A stretch of DNA of 24,000 nucleotides from contig JABCSY010000043.1 of assembly GCA_018238625.1 (NCBI GenBank), forward strand, positions 1 through 24,000, given 5' to 3'. The notes under the pieces are model-generated. The model made no database searches. It was not told the origin of the DNA and saw only the letters and a program-made list of their open reading frames with translations. The position numbers and the translations under genes are program-made. The first letter of the stretch is position 1. Every line of letters starts with the position of its first letter. Below are positions 9,077 to 16,857 of the stretch, one piece after another. This DNA is from Promethearchaeota archaeon (lineage in GTDB: Archaea; Asgardarchaeota; Lokiarchaeia; Sigyniarchaeales; SOKP01).

Positions 9077-9655
9077 TCATTGATTTCTTCTTAAATAATA
9101 ACCTTTATCATTTAAATTAATAGCAATAATTGCTTTCGGCTTGAGTTTTTGAATATTTTGATAATTATATTTAGATTGGGCTATTGCTATAATTTCATCA
9201 TTACTATTAAAAATCAATAGAATATCGTTCTGTTTTAACGAACTTGGAATAGCGCGTATCATAGTTTTTAGAATACTATTCCCATAAAGAATGGATTTTT
9301 CTCCTTTATCATTTAAATGAATTCTCTTAAGATCAGAAAACAAATTATTATGATATAGAAATTCTGCACCTTCTAAACTGATATAGAAATTTCCTTTCTT
9401 AATAAAACCAAAATATAAACCTGCTGAGATAATTTTATCGTTTTTTAAAGTCGGTAAAAATCTAAGTTGATCTTTTGAAATTAAAAAAATTGAAGGAAAC
9501 TTGCTTTTTGCTTCCAAGTCATTTAAGGAAATAGATAATCTATAGTCTGTTTTCTCGAAAAAGGTTAATATCTTGGGGGATATTTTTATAAGGGAGTCGT
9601 AAATCATCGTTGTTTCAATTTTATTTACAAGCCTAAAAGTTTTTAAATCTCTCAT
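9077..9655 (-). CDS. NIP7-like ribosome-biogenesis protein with C-terminal PUA domain
   Basis: KIISAGLYFGFIKKGNFYISLEGAEFL and KGEKSILYGNSILKTMIRAI...NDILLIFNSNDEIIAIAQSK parallel the NIP7 PUA region ([28 protein letters not shown]...EQSFLYGNHVLKSGLGRI). Confidence 0.8.
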   Translation of the reverse strand: MRDLKTFRLVNKIETTMIYDSLIKISPKILTFFEKTDYRLSISLNDLEAKSKFPSIFLISKDQLRFLPTLKNDKIISAGLYFGFIKKGNFYISLEGAEFLYHNNLFSDLKRIHLNDKGEKSILYGNSILKTMIRAIPSSLKQNDILLIFNSNDEIIAIAQSKYNYQNIQKLKPKAIIAINLNDKGYYLRRNQ

Positions 9656-9661
9656 TACTCA

Positions 9662-10027
9662 CTAAGGATTTATTTGCTTATCTTGAAATAAATCTTTTAA
9701 CATTTTTTTTAATTGCTTTTTGGATTCTGGAATATTTTTTGTAATAATGTCCCATATTATTTCCAAATCAATTTTGAAATAACCATGAGCGGCGATATTT
9801 CTTAATCCTATCATTTGAGGCCAAGGAAGATCAGGAAACTTAATTTTAATTTCCTCTGGAATGTTTTTTGATGCTTCTCCTATAAGTTCTAAATTTCTTA
9901 AAACCGCATCAATTACCATTTGATTCTCGCAAAAATTTTTATAATCTAAACCCTCAATATATTTCTCAATCAATAAAATGAATTCATTAATATCTTCAAG
10001 AAATAATTTAACGGTTCGTTTTTTCAT
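9662..10027 (-). CDS. HepT-like (DUF86) HEPN-domain protein
   Basis: DUF86-like helices with the intact HEPN motif RNIAAHGY (R-x4-H-x-Y); overlaps the upstream MNT-type gene by 4 nt. Confidence 0.85.
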   Translation of the reverse strand: MKKRTVKLFLEDINEFILLIEKYIEGLDYKNFCENQMVIDAVLRNLELIGEASKNIPEEIKIKFPDLPWPQMIGLRNIAAHGYFKIDLEIIWDIITKNIPESKKQLKKMLKDLFQDKQINP

Positions 10028-10314
10028 ACATAAATCACTTCATGCAGAATTTTATCTTTCATTTGAGGTCTAAGAGCATTTTTTGTTGCCAAATCAACTT
10101 TTTTGTTTAATATTTTTTCAAGAAATTCTTTAAGTATAGAATATTTCCAACCAATTGGACCGTTGAATTTAACATAGATATCTATGTCGCTTTCAGGCGT
10201 TTCTTCACCTCTAGAATATGAACCGAAAACGCCAATTTTCTCAACATAGAATTGATTTTTTAAATAATCTTTTTGTTCTCTTAAAATAGATTCAATTTTC
10301 TTTAACTCAAGCAT
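10024..10314 (-). CDS. MntA-like minimal nucleotidyltransferase
   Basis: GVFGSYSRGEETPESDIDIYVKF: GS...DxD motif of MNT-type nucleotidyltransferases. Confidence 0.88.
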   Translation of the reverse strand: MLELKKIESILREQKDYLKNQFYVEKIGVFGSYSRGEETPESDIDIYVKFNGPIGWKYSILKEFLEKILNKKVDLATKNALRPQMKDKILHEVIYV

Positions 10315-10481
10315 AATATTTTAGAATTAATTATTCCTAGATAAATATTTTTTTTTATATTATATTAAATATTAGAGGTTAAAAATTTTTAAAATCTCTC
10401 TTCATCAATCAAAATAAAAAGAAATAAGTAATTTTATTATTATTAGTCAATTAAGGTATTAAATAATAGTGATATTGAAAA

Positions 10482-11198
10482 ATGGGCATTCGAAAGATTG
10501 AAGATGAAATTGATTTAAGAGAAGCTATGAAAAGGAAGGCAGCAGAGTTAAAAGTAAAAGATATTCAAGCTAAAGCTTCGACAGAAAACTTTACAAAAGA
10601 AAAACTTCGGGAACTGGCAAAAAAACATGGAGTTATATTGGCTTTAACTCCTGAATTGAAGGATCAAGTCAGAGATTTACAAAGAAAGTATAACATACCG
10701 TCTTCAAAAATCATAACAGAACAAATCATGGAAAACGATGTTTTGAAGAAGTTTTCAAAAATCGACCACGAAAAGTTAGGAATGCTCGCTTATCAAAGAG
10801 TTTTGATGCAAAAAGAAGAAATTGGAGTTGGTTTAATGCCCATTTCTGAAGTTTATGACTTAGTAAATACAGGTATTTTAAAAGAAGTATTAGATTTAAA
10901 AGATTTACTCAAAGCATTAAAGATTCTAAAAAAAGATCGCGTTATAGAGGAATTACAAGAATTAAAGGGCAGTTCCGTAATGGTAAGGTTCTTTCCGGTT
11001 CAGTACACTAACGACCAAGTGAAAATTATCGGAATCGCAAAAGAAAAAGGTTATGTTTCGATTGAAGATATTTGTATTGCTCTAACATGGTCTCAAGATC
11101 GCGCCCTACAAACCCTAAAATCGTTAGAAGATAGTGGAATCGCTAAATTTAGGGAATCTCTTTTAAAAGGAAAGCAGTGGTATTTCCCTTCAATATAA
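10482..11198 (+). CDS. ESCRT-II subunit, EAP30 family (Vps22/Vps36-like)
   Basis: FTKEKLRELAKKHGVILALTPELKDQVRDLQRKYNI, GVGLMPISEVYDLVNTG, VRFFPVQYTNDQVKIIGIAKEKGYVSIEDICIALTWSQDRALQTLKSLEDSGIAKF correspond to the EAP30 coiled-coil plus tandem winged-helix pattern. Confidence 0.9.
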   Translation: MGIRKIEDEIDLREAMKRKAAELKVKDIQAKASTENFTKEKLRELAKKHGVILALTPELKDQVRDLQRKYNIPSSKIITEQIMENDVLKKFSKIDHEKLGMLAYQRVLMQKEEIGVGLMPISEVYDLVNTGILKEVLDLKDLLKALKILKKDRVIEELQELKGSSVMVRFFPVQYTNDQVKIIGIAKEKGYVSIEDICIALTWSQDRALQTLKSLEDSGIAKFRESLLKGKQWYFPSI

Positions 11199-11203
11199 GA
11201 GAT

Positions 11204-12100
11204 TTATTCTATTTTAATTTTAAAAGAAAGCTGACCGTCATCAAGTTTTATAATCTGCCCTCTCTTATCCTTTTCCAATATTTTAAATATTTTTATTATG
11301 TCGTTATTGGGAAGCGTATTAAAAGCTTTGTTAGATTCTCTTATTTCAAATATTAATATTGGTTCTAATGGTGAAATTTCCATGGCCCAATCATAGATAT
11401 CTTCGGCCCAATTATCTAGACTTTTCCAATAAACTCTTAATTTTTCTTTACTTTTTGATAGCCATTCAGCTTGTTCTTTATTTACTAGTTCTTCAGCGAG
11501 TATCTTTAAAGCTGAGTTACGATCTTCAAAGTTTGAAAAAGGTTTATCGGATTCTAACTTTCTAAGATATAAGATGTGGAGAATAGCGTAGCGAGCGTAG
11601 TCAAAAAGAACTTTAGACCATTCGCTTTTCCAAGATTCGTAATCCTTCAAGTTTGTTTTTTTATTAGGAAGAGAAAACATGAAAACATATCTTTTTTCTT
11701 CGAGCCAAGGATAATCGTTCAATAACAACTCGTAAGTTGATATTTCTCTGACAACGACACCCTTCTCTCTTATTATTTCTAACTCAATCTCTTGGAGCTC
11801 TTTCTCGATTTGAATGGCATTTTGTTTATAAGCTGTTTGATCGATTTCTCCTAGCTTTGATGTGAGAAAGTCTTCAATTTTATCTAAACGCGCTTCTATT
11901 TCTTCGCTTGTTTCTTCCTCAGTAATTTCTTCTGTACCCGCTTCTTGTATCGCTTCTTGCCTTTCTTTCGCTTGTTGGCTTCTTAGTACTTTTAACCGAG
12001 CCAACTCTTTTCTTAAGTCTTCAAGTTCCTTATCTGCTTTTTCTTTAACTTCTTTAGGAACTTCTTTAGGTTTTACCTTTTGCCTCTCCATATTTTCCAA
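11204..12100 (-). CDS. ESCRT-II subunit, Vps25-like, with about 125-residue charged N-terminal extension
   Basis: NDYPWLEEKRYVFMFSLPNKKTNLKDYESWKSEWSKVLFDYAR...ALKILAEELVNKEQAEWLSKSKEKLRVYWKSLDNWAEDIYDWA parallels eukaryotic Vps25 (LEELRKKGNLEWLDKSKSSFLIMWRRPEEWGKLIYQWV). Confidence 0.9.
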   Translation of the reverse strand: MENMERQKVKPKEVPKEVKEKADKELEDLRKELARLKVLRSQQAKERQEAIQEAGTEEITEEETSEEIEARLDKIEDFLTSKLGEIDQTAYKQNAIQIEKELQEIELEIIREKGVVVREISTYELLLNDYPWLEEKRYVFMFSLPNKKTNLKDYESWKSEWSKVLFDYARYAILHILYLRKLESDKPFSNFEDRNSALKILAEELVNKEQAEWLSKSKEKLRVYWKSLDNWAEDIYDWAMEISPLEPILIFEIRESNKAFNTLPNNDIIKIFKILEKDKRGQIIKLDDGQLSFKIKIE

Positions 12101-12112
12101 CTTTAATTTTTA

Positions 12113-13330
12113 TTAATATTCTCCGAATTCTTTTGCCCATTGTTCGTATTGGTTTAGAGCCGCTTTAGTTGTCATTGGTTTAACTTTTTTTAATGTTTTA
12201 GCAAAATCTTTTAAATTAAGATCCCTTACAATTACTTCTTGATCGGAGTTTTCTAAAAGCCCACCCATATCTAATTCTCTAATTGGAAGCATAATGACTT
12301 CGCGGCACACGTTAGAAATATCTCTTCCCGAATATCCTTCAGACCGAACTCCTAATTCGATAAAATCTTCTTCAGTTAACGCCATATTAATACCTGCGGT
12401 ATGAATTTTAAAGATTCCAATTCTGGCTGTTAGATCTGGAAGTGGCACATACACTTTCTTCTCAAATCTACTAAGCATAGCAGCGTCAATGTCCCAAGGT
12501 CGATTAGTAGCCCCTAAAACTAATAATGGTTTTTTAGAACCCGATTTAACGCCTTGAATTTCGCTTAACAATTGCGTTTTTACCCGTCTTTCGCCACCTC
12601 CTTCGTGCCCTTGACCTCTCTTAGTTGCCACCGAGTCAATTTCATCCATAAAAATTAAACTTGGAGCTTTAATTCGAGCAACTTTAAAAAGCGAGCTGAT
12701 TAATTTCTCACTTTCGCCTAACCATTTGCTTAATAAATCTGCGGATGAAACGCTAAAAAATGTCGCTTCGCATTCCGTAGCAGCAGCTCTCGCTAATAAT
12801 GTTTTTCCACAACCAGGTGGGCCAAACAATAAAATGCCTGACCATGGTTTTCTTGCTCCCGTAAAAAGTTGGGGTTTCATAATTGGCAACACTATCGCTT
12901 CTCTTAAAGCTTGTTTAGACGACTTTAAGCCCGCAATATCGTTCCACCTTACGTTAGGAGATTCTGTTAATATTGTGCCTGAAATCGAATCTATAATTTC
13001 TTGTTCTTCAGCAGAGTATTGTCCCTCCTCCCCTTTTCCCTCGCCATCTTTGGCTTCACTTGTTCCAATAGAGGGTCTACCTTTTCTGGCACGAGGGCCA
13101 CTTAAATGTACTTTTAGTACGTTAGCACGATTAATATACTGTTCAATTTGATCGTGACATTTTCTAACCATTATTGGGTTTTTGTTAAATTGTACGAATT
13201 GAATAAGAATTTCTGCGGCTCTTTGATATTTATTTAGCGCTTGTCTATAATGTCCCTTCTCGTCTAATGCTACTGCTGCTTGTGCTTCTTGAACAGCGTA
13301 TTGATAAAGTTTACTGTCAACACTACTCAA
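12113..13330 (-). CDS. vps4: Vps4-like AAA ATPase (MIT domain + AAA domain)
   Basis: N-terminal MIT-like helices (YAVQEAQAAVALDEKGHYRQALNKYQRAAEILIQFV), IRWNDIAGL-type linker, Walker A GPPGCGKT, Walker B SLIFMDEID, ATNRPWDIDAAMLSRFEKKVYVPLPD, C-terminal Vps4-like helices. Confidence 0.96.
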   Translation of the reverse strand: MSSVDSKLYQYAVQEAQAAVALDEKGHYRQALNKYQRAAEILIQFVQFNKNPIMVRKCHDQIEQYINRANVLKVHLSGPRARKGRPSIGTSEAKDGEGKGEEGQYSAEEQEIIDSISGTILTESPNVRWNDIAGLKSSKQALREAIVLPIMKPQLFTGARKPWSGILLFGPPGCGKTLLARAAATECEATFFSVSSADLLSKWLGESEKLISSLFKVARIKAPSLIFMDEIDSVATKRGQGHEGGGERRVKTQLLSEIQGVKSGSKKPLLVLGATNRPWDIDAAMLSRFEKKVYVPLPDLTARIGIFKIHTAGINMALTEEDFIELGVRSEGYSGRDISNVCREVIMLPIRELDMGGLLENSDQEVIVRDLNLKDFAKTLKKVKPMTTKAALNQYEQWAKEFGEY

Positions 13331-13495
13331 ATTTATAATGACCTTTTTAAATTATTTATTTATCTTGTTTATCTTAAAAAATTATTAATATTTATAGCTA
13401 ATCTAGTTCGATACTTATTTTATTTATTAATACATCCAAATATATCAAATTTTCTCTTTAAAATTGTACTGTAAACATTGGTCTACAACAAAAAA

Positions 13496-13503
13496 TTATA
13501 TAA
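13496..13503 (+). promoter_or_regulatory. Putative TATA box (TTATATAA) upstream of the ESCRT-III gene
   Basis: AT-rich element in the divergent vps4/ESCRT-III intergenic region, about 45 nt upstream of the ESCRT-III ATG at 13545. Confidence 0.35.
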
Positions 13504-13544
13504 TCTTGGATTTTTAATATTATTATATAGTAATAACGAAAAAA

Positions 13545-14183
13545 TTGATGATGAATATGGGATTTCTTAAAGATATGTCAAAGTGGTTGTCCGGTGGCCA
13601 AAAAAGTGATTCTGTTCGCTCTGCTACCGTCAAATTAAAGGTGTTCAACAAAAGATTGGCTCGTCAGACTAGGAAAATGGAGATGACATCTAAATTAGCG
13701 AGAGATAAAGCTGTAAAACTTCGAAAAGCTGGTGATATGGACGGTTCAGAATTTCACGCGCGAAATTATCTTCAAGTTAAAAAGCAAGCTAGAGCGATTG
13801 ACCATTTCAGAACTAACTTAGAAGGAATGGTATTTAAGTTGGAACAGGCTAACGCTGTTAAAGATATTTCATTTATCATGCAAGGTATTGCCACTAGCTT
13901 AGGTGCATTAAAAAATCAGTTATCGGTTCCTCAGCTTACAGACTTGATGACCACAATTGGTATTGATATGGAAGATTTTTCTGTTGTTGAAGAGATAACA
14001 TCTGACGGAATAGACGACATGACTCTCGATACAGCAGTTACTGATAACCAGGTTAAGGAGATATTAGGCGAAATCGATGCCGAGATACAAGTTGAAGTAG
14101 GTGGAGCATTACCTTCGGTTGATCCCGATGGAAAGGTAAAAGAATTAGAAGATGAATTAAACAAGTTGAAGTCGCGAGATTAG
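13545..14183 (+). CDS. ESCRT-III (Snf7 superfamily; Vps2/24/46-like) protein
   Basis: Basic N-terminal helix (LKVFNKRLARQTRKMEMTSKLARDKAVKLRKAGD..EFHARNYLQVKKQA), acidic C-terminal half, MIM1-like C-terminus (LEDELNKLKSRD); head-to-head with vps4. Confidence 0.93.
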   Translation: MMMNMGFLKDMSKWLSGGQKSDSVRSATVKLKVFNKRLARQTRKMEMTSKLARDKAVKLRKAGDMDGSEFHARNYLQVKKQARAIDHFRTNLEGMVFKLEQANAVKDISFIMQGIATSLGALKNQLSVPQLTDLMTTIGIDMEDFSVVEEITSDGIDDMTLDTAVTDNQVKEILGEIDAEIQVEVGGALPSVDPDGKVKELEDELNKLKSRD

Positions 14184-14277
14184 ATTTTTTTTTTTAAGTT
14201 TCTCTTTTTGACTACCAAGCAAAATTATTTAAGCTAAAACTCTATTTTTAATTTATTCTCTAATTCAATATTTAAAA

Positions 14278-15294
14278 GTGTTAAAAATGAATCCAGAATT
14301 AATAACGATTGGTAGTTGTACTCTTGATTGTATGCTACAAGTTAAAGATATTCTTAGATTTGAATTGTTTGATAAAGAAATTGTTAAAAAATACACTGCA
14401 ATTGAATACAGTCGCAAACTGAATGTCGATGGCGTTCTATTTGTTCCTGGGGGGTCTGCTGCCAATATTGCGTCAAATTGCGCGATGTTGGGGTTAAAAA
14501 GCGCTTATCTTGGCGTATTAGGGAACGACTTTTCAGCAAGTATTTGTTTAGATGATATGAAAAAAAGAGGTGTAGATCTTTCAAGTATCATTCAAACTGA
14601 TGAGGATTGTACGGCGTTTTCAGTAATTTTAAAAACTGAATGGGGAAAAGACAGAAGTATTCTTGCTTATAAAGGTGCAAATAACATGTTAAAACCAGAG
14701 GATGTAAAAGAAGATATATTTCAAGATATCAAAGCTTTTGCTTGGACATCGTTAACTACCGAAAGTGGTTGTAGAGCAATTGAGAAAGCACTAACGCTCA
14801 CTTTAGAAAACGGTGGTAAAGTATTTGCCGCACCCAGCATGTCAATTATTAAAAACAACCCAAAATGGGCAAGAATTCTTATTTCAAACTCAAATGTCGT
14901 TTCATTAAATAAAGAAGAGGCTCAAGAGTTTACAAACGAGACAGATATAGTTCACATGATTCATAACTTTTTAGATCTTGGAATAAAATTAATTTCAATT
15001 ACCGATGGTCCCAATGGCTCAATTATATCTGATGGCAAACATATTGTGAACAGTTCAATTTACGAGGGTCCGGTCGAAGACACCACAGGAGCAGGAGACG
15101 CTTTTCTAAGTGGACTACTAATATCCCAACTAAACGAGTTTAGTTTAGAGAAATCGTCTAAGATGGCAACAGCAATGTCTTACTTAGAAAGCAAAGAGGT
15201 CGGGGTTCGAGAGGGCTTACCTAATAGTTTACGTGAGTTAGAAGCCTTTATAGATAATAATGAGATAAAACAAAAAGTTTCAAAGATAGTTTGA
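14278..15294 (+). CDS. PfkB-family (ribokinase-like) carbohydrate kinase
   Basis: PGGSAANIASNCAMLGLKSAYLGVLGNDFS near the N-terminus and VEDTTGAGDAFLSGLL near the C-terminus (PfkB signatures 1 and 2). Confidence 0.93.
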   Translation: MLKMNPELITIGSCTLDCMLQVKDILRFELFDKEIVKKYTAIEYSRKLNVDGVLFVPGGSAANIASNCAMLGLKSAYLGVLGNDFSASICLDDMKKRGVDLSSIIQTDEDCTAFSVILKTEWGKDRSILAYKGANNMLKPEDVKEDIFQDIKAFAWTSLTTESGCRAIEKALTLTLENGGKVFAAPSMSIIKNNPKWARILISNSNVVSLNKEEAQEFTNETDIVHMIHNFLDLGIKLISITDGPNGSIISDGKHIVNSSIYEGPVEDTTGAGDAFLSGLLISQLNEFSLEKSSKMATAMSYLESKEVGVREGLPNSLRELEAFIDNNEIKQKVSKIV

Positions 15295-15381
15295 TTGAAA
15301 AGATAAAAAGATACAAATAAACCTGCTGAAATCAGATCTATTGGAAGATGGTACGGGCAATTTTTAAAAGGGTACGCTGGA

Positions 15382-15636
15382 GTGTCAGTAATACTTTCCT
15401 ATATTGAATTTTTTAATTTATTTGTACCTCAACTTGCAAAAGATCTGTCGCTAACAATTTTCATCATGCTATTAATAGTGTTTATCCCGTTTCCATTAGT
15501 AATGATGATTCCTATAATTCCAGCTTTTATAATTTCGGATCGGCTAAAAGGGCACAGAATAAGATATATAAGGAAAAAAGCAAGCAAATTGGGTATTACA
15601 TCTAAAGCAGAAGTGAATTTTGAATTAAAAAATTAA
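15382..15636 (+). CDS. Small membrane protein with hydrophobic segments and basic C-terminus
   Basis: TIFIMLLIVFIPFPLVMMIPIIPAFIISDRLKGHRIRYIRKKASKLGI. The annotated start is GTG; coding-like sequence continues upstream. Confidence 0.5.
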   Translation: MSVILSYIEFFNLFVPQLAKDLSLTIFIMLLIVFIPFPLVMMIPIIPAFIISDRLKGHRIRYIRKKASKLGITSKAEVNFELKN

Positions 15637-15727
15637 ACATTCCCTTCTTTATATTAACTCATATTAAAGCAATAAATTTTAATTTCTTAATATATTTTTT
15701 ATATCGTTAAACAACTTATACTAAAAA

Positions 15728-15859
15728 GCGCTGCTAGTATAGTTCGGATGATTCTTATTCACCGAGTATAATGGTCAGTATGCCAGGTTGCCATGAAAGT
15801 TTTAATCTAAAGATTTTCGCAATGACTTGGCGACCCGGGTTCGATTCCCGGGCGGCGCA
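15728..15859 (+). tRNA. tRNA-Gly(GCC) with two introns (15743-15771 in the D-loop; 15794-15824 at 37/38)
   Basis: Removing both inserts gives a 72-nt cloverleaf GCGCTGCTAGTATAGTGGTCAGTATGCCAGGTTGCCAACTTGGCGACCCGGGTTCGATTCCCGGGCGGCGCA. Acceptor GCGCTGC/GCGGCGC, anticodon stem CCAGG/CTTGG with loop TTGCCAA, T-arm CCGGG-TTCGATT-CCCGG. Confidence 0.9.
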
Positions 15860-15901
15860 TAATTTTCTTTAATAATATTACATTTGAAATCCAGGAAAGT
15901 A

Positions 15902-16720
15902 CTAATCTAAAATAACCGATAGGTCGTGATCGAAATAGCTAGTTAGTATAATTAACAATAATTCAAGATAATTTCCTGATAAATTAATATTCCATCTTTT
16001 ATTTAACTGTTTAAGAAGTTCCTTCTTCCGTAATTTTTTAGGTTTTTTATATTTATCGAGAAGATCAATCAAATCTCTTGAATATTCGTGAAGATTTAAA
16101 AGTTCATTTTTTAATACAAATTTACTCGTCTCTAAATTGTAAGTGTCGAAAAAATTTTGAACGATAGCTCGTTCAATACCCATTTTTTTCGGATTAATAA
16201 TATTAGTATCGTCCTTGACTATTTGATTAGCTTGAAGAACTATGTGTTCCTCGTATAGTATTTTGTCCTTTTTATAATCTTCTGCTGAAATTATCGCTAT
16301 CTCATTTTTAAAAGAATTTGAAGTTATATATTTGAGAAAGTTTTTAATTTGTTTATTAATGAAAGGATCGCTAGAGAGAATCACTATTTTTTTACCAGTA
16401 ACGATTGCTCTAATCGTGTTTATTAATAGAGAAGGAAGTAAATTTATTTTAATTAAAGATATATTAAATTCTTCTATTTCAGTAGGTACCGTTTCAATTT
16501 TTTTATTTGGTAAAGCTTCAGGAAGCGCTATCTGGAAATCAGCAATATAACAATCTCTAATAGAAAAATTTTTATCTACATACGCAATAAACGAATGTGA
16601 ACAGAAAGTCTTATCAATATTAATAGCAAATAATCCCTTCGCTGCCTTTTTAACATCTTCCTCGGAGATTTCAAGCTCTCCTCTTTTTGAACAAGCGGGG
16701 CAACGAACTTCAATTTTCAT
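15902..16720 (-). CDS. Uncharacterised protein with N-terminal CPxC...C.H zinc motif (paralogue of 19579-20424)
   Basis: MKIEVRCPACSKRG...TFCSHSFIAYVDKNFSIRDCYIADFQIALPE, closely similar to the downstream paralogue over the full length. Confidence 0.75.
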   Translation of the reverse strand: MKIEVRCPACSKRGELEISEEDVKKAAKGLFAINIDKTFCSHSFIAYVDKNFSIRDCYIADFQIALPEALPNKKIETVPTEIEEFNISLIKINLLPSLLINTIRAIVTGKKIVILSSDPFINKQIKNFLKYITSNSFKNEIAIISAEDYKKDKILYEEHIVLQANQIVKDDTNIINPKKMGIERAIVQNFFDTYNLETSKFVLKNELLNLHEYSRDLIDLLDKYKKPKKLRKKELLKQLNKRWNINLSGNYLELLLIILTSYFDHDLSVILD

Positions 16721-16857
16721 AAATTCTTATTAAATTATTCAACTTACCGAAGTATTAGTATAACTCGAATTATCAATAAAGTTGAATTATTCTTTTTTAA
16801 GTAACTATTAACCATTTGAGTTTATTAAGATAGCTAAGAAAAATGTAATGCTTTTTT

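Noticed and set aside
11359-12116. Plus-strand ORFs at 11359-11565 and 11862-12116 antisense to the Vps25 gene
   Set aside because: Ser/Leu-rich shadow ORFs of the Lys/Glu-rich Vps25 sequence.
12726-13151. 141-aa plus-strand ORF antisense to vps4
   Set aside because: Lies wholly within the strongly supported vps4 coding sequence, has Cys/Ser/Pro-rich shadow-ORF composition and no recognisable domain.
15743-15771. Treating the D-loop insert of tRNA-Gly as an unusually long D-loop or as evidence for a pseudogene
   Set aside because: Excising exactly 29 nt restores a consensus D-arm, all stems are intact, and the second intron has a canonical BHB, so a spliced functional tRNA is the simpler reading.
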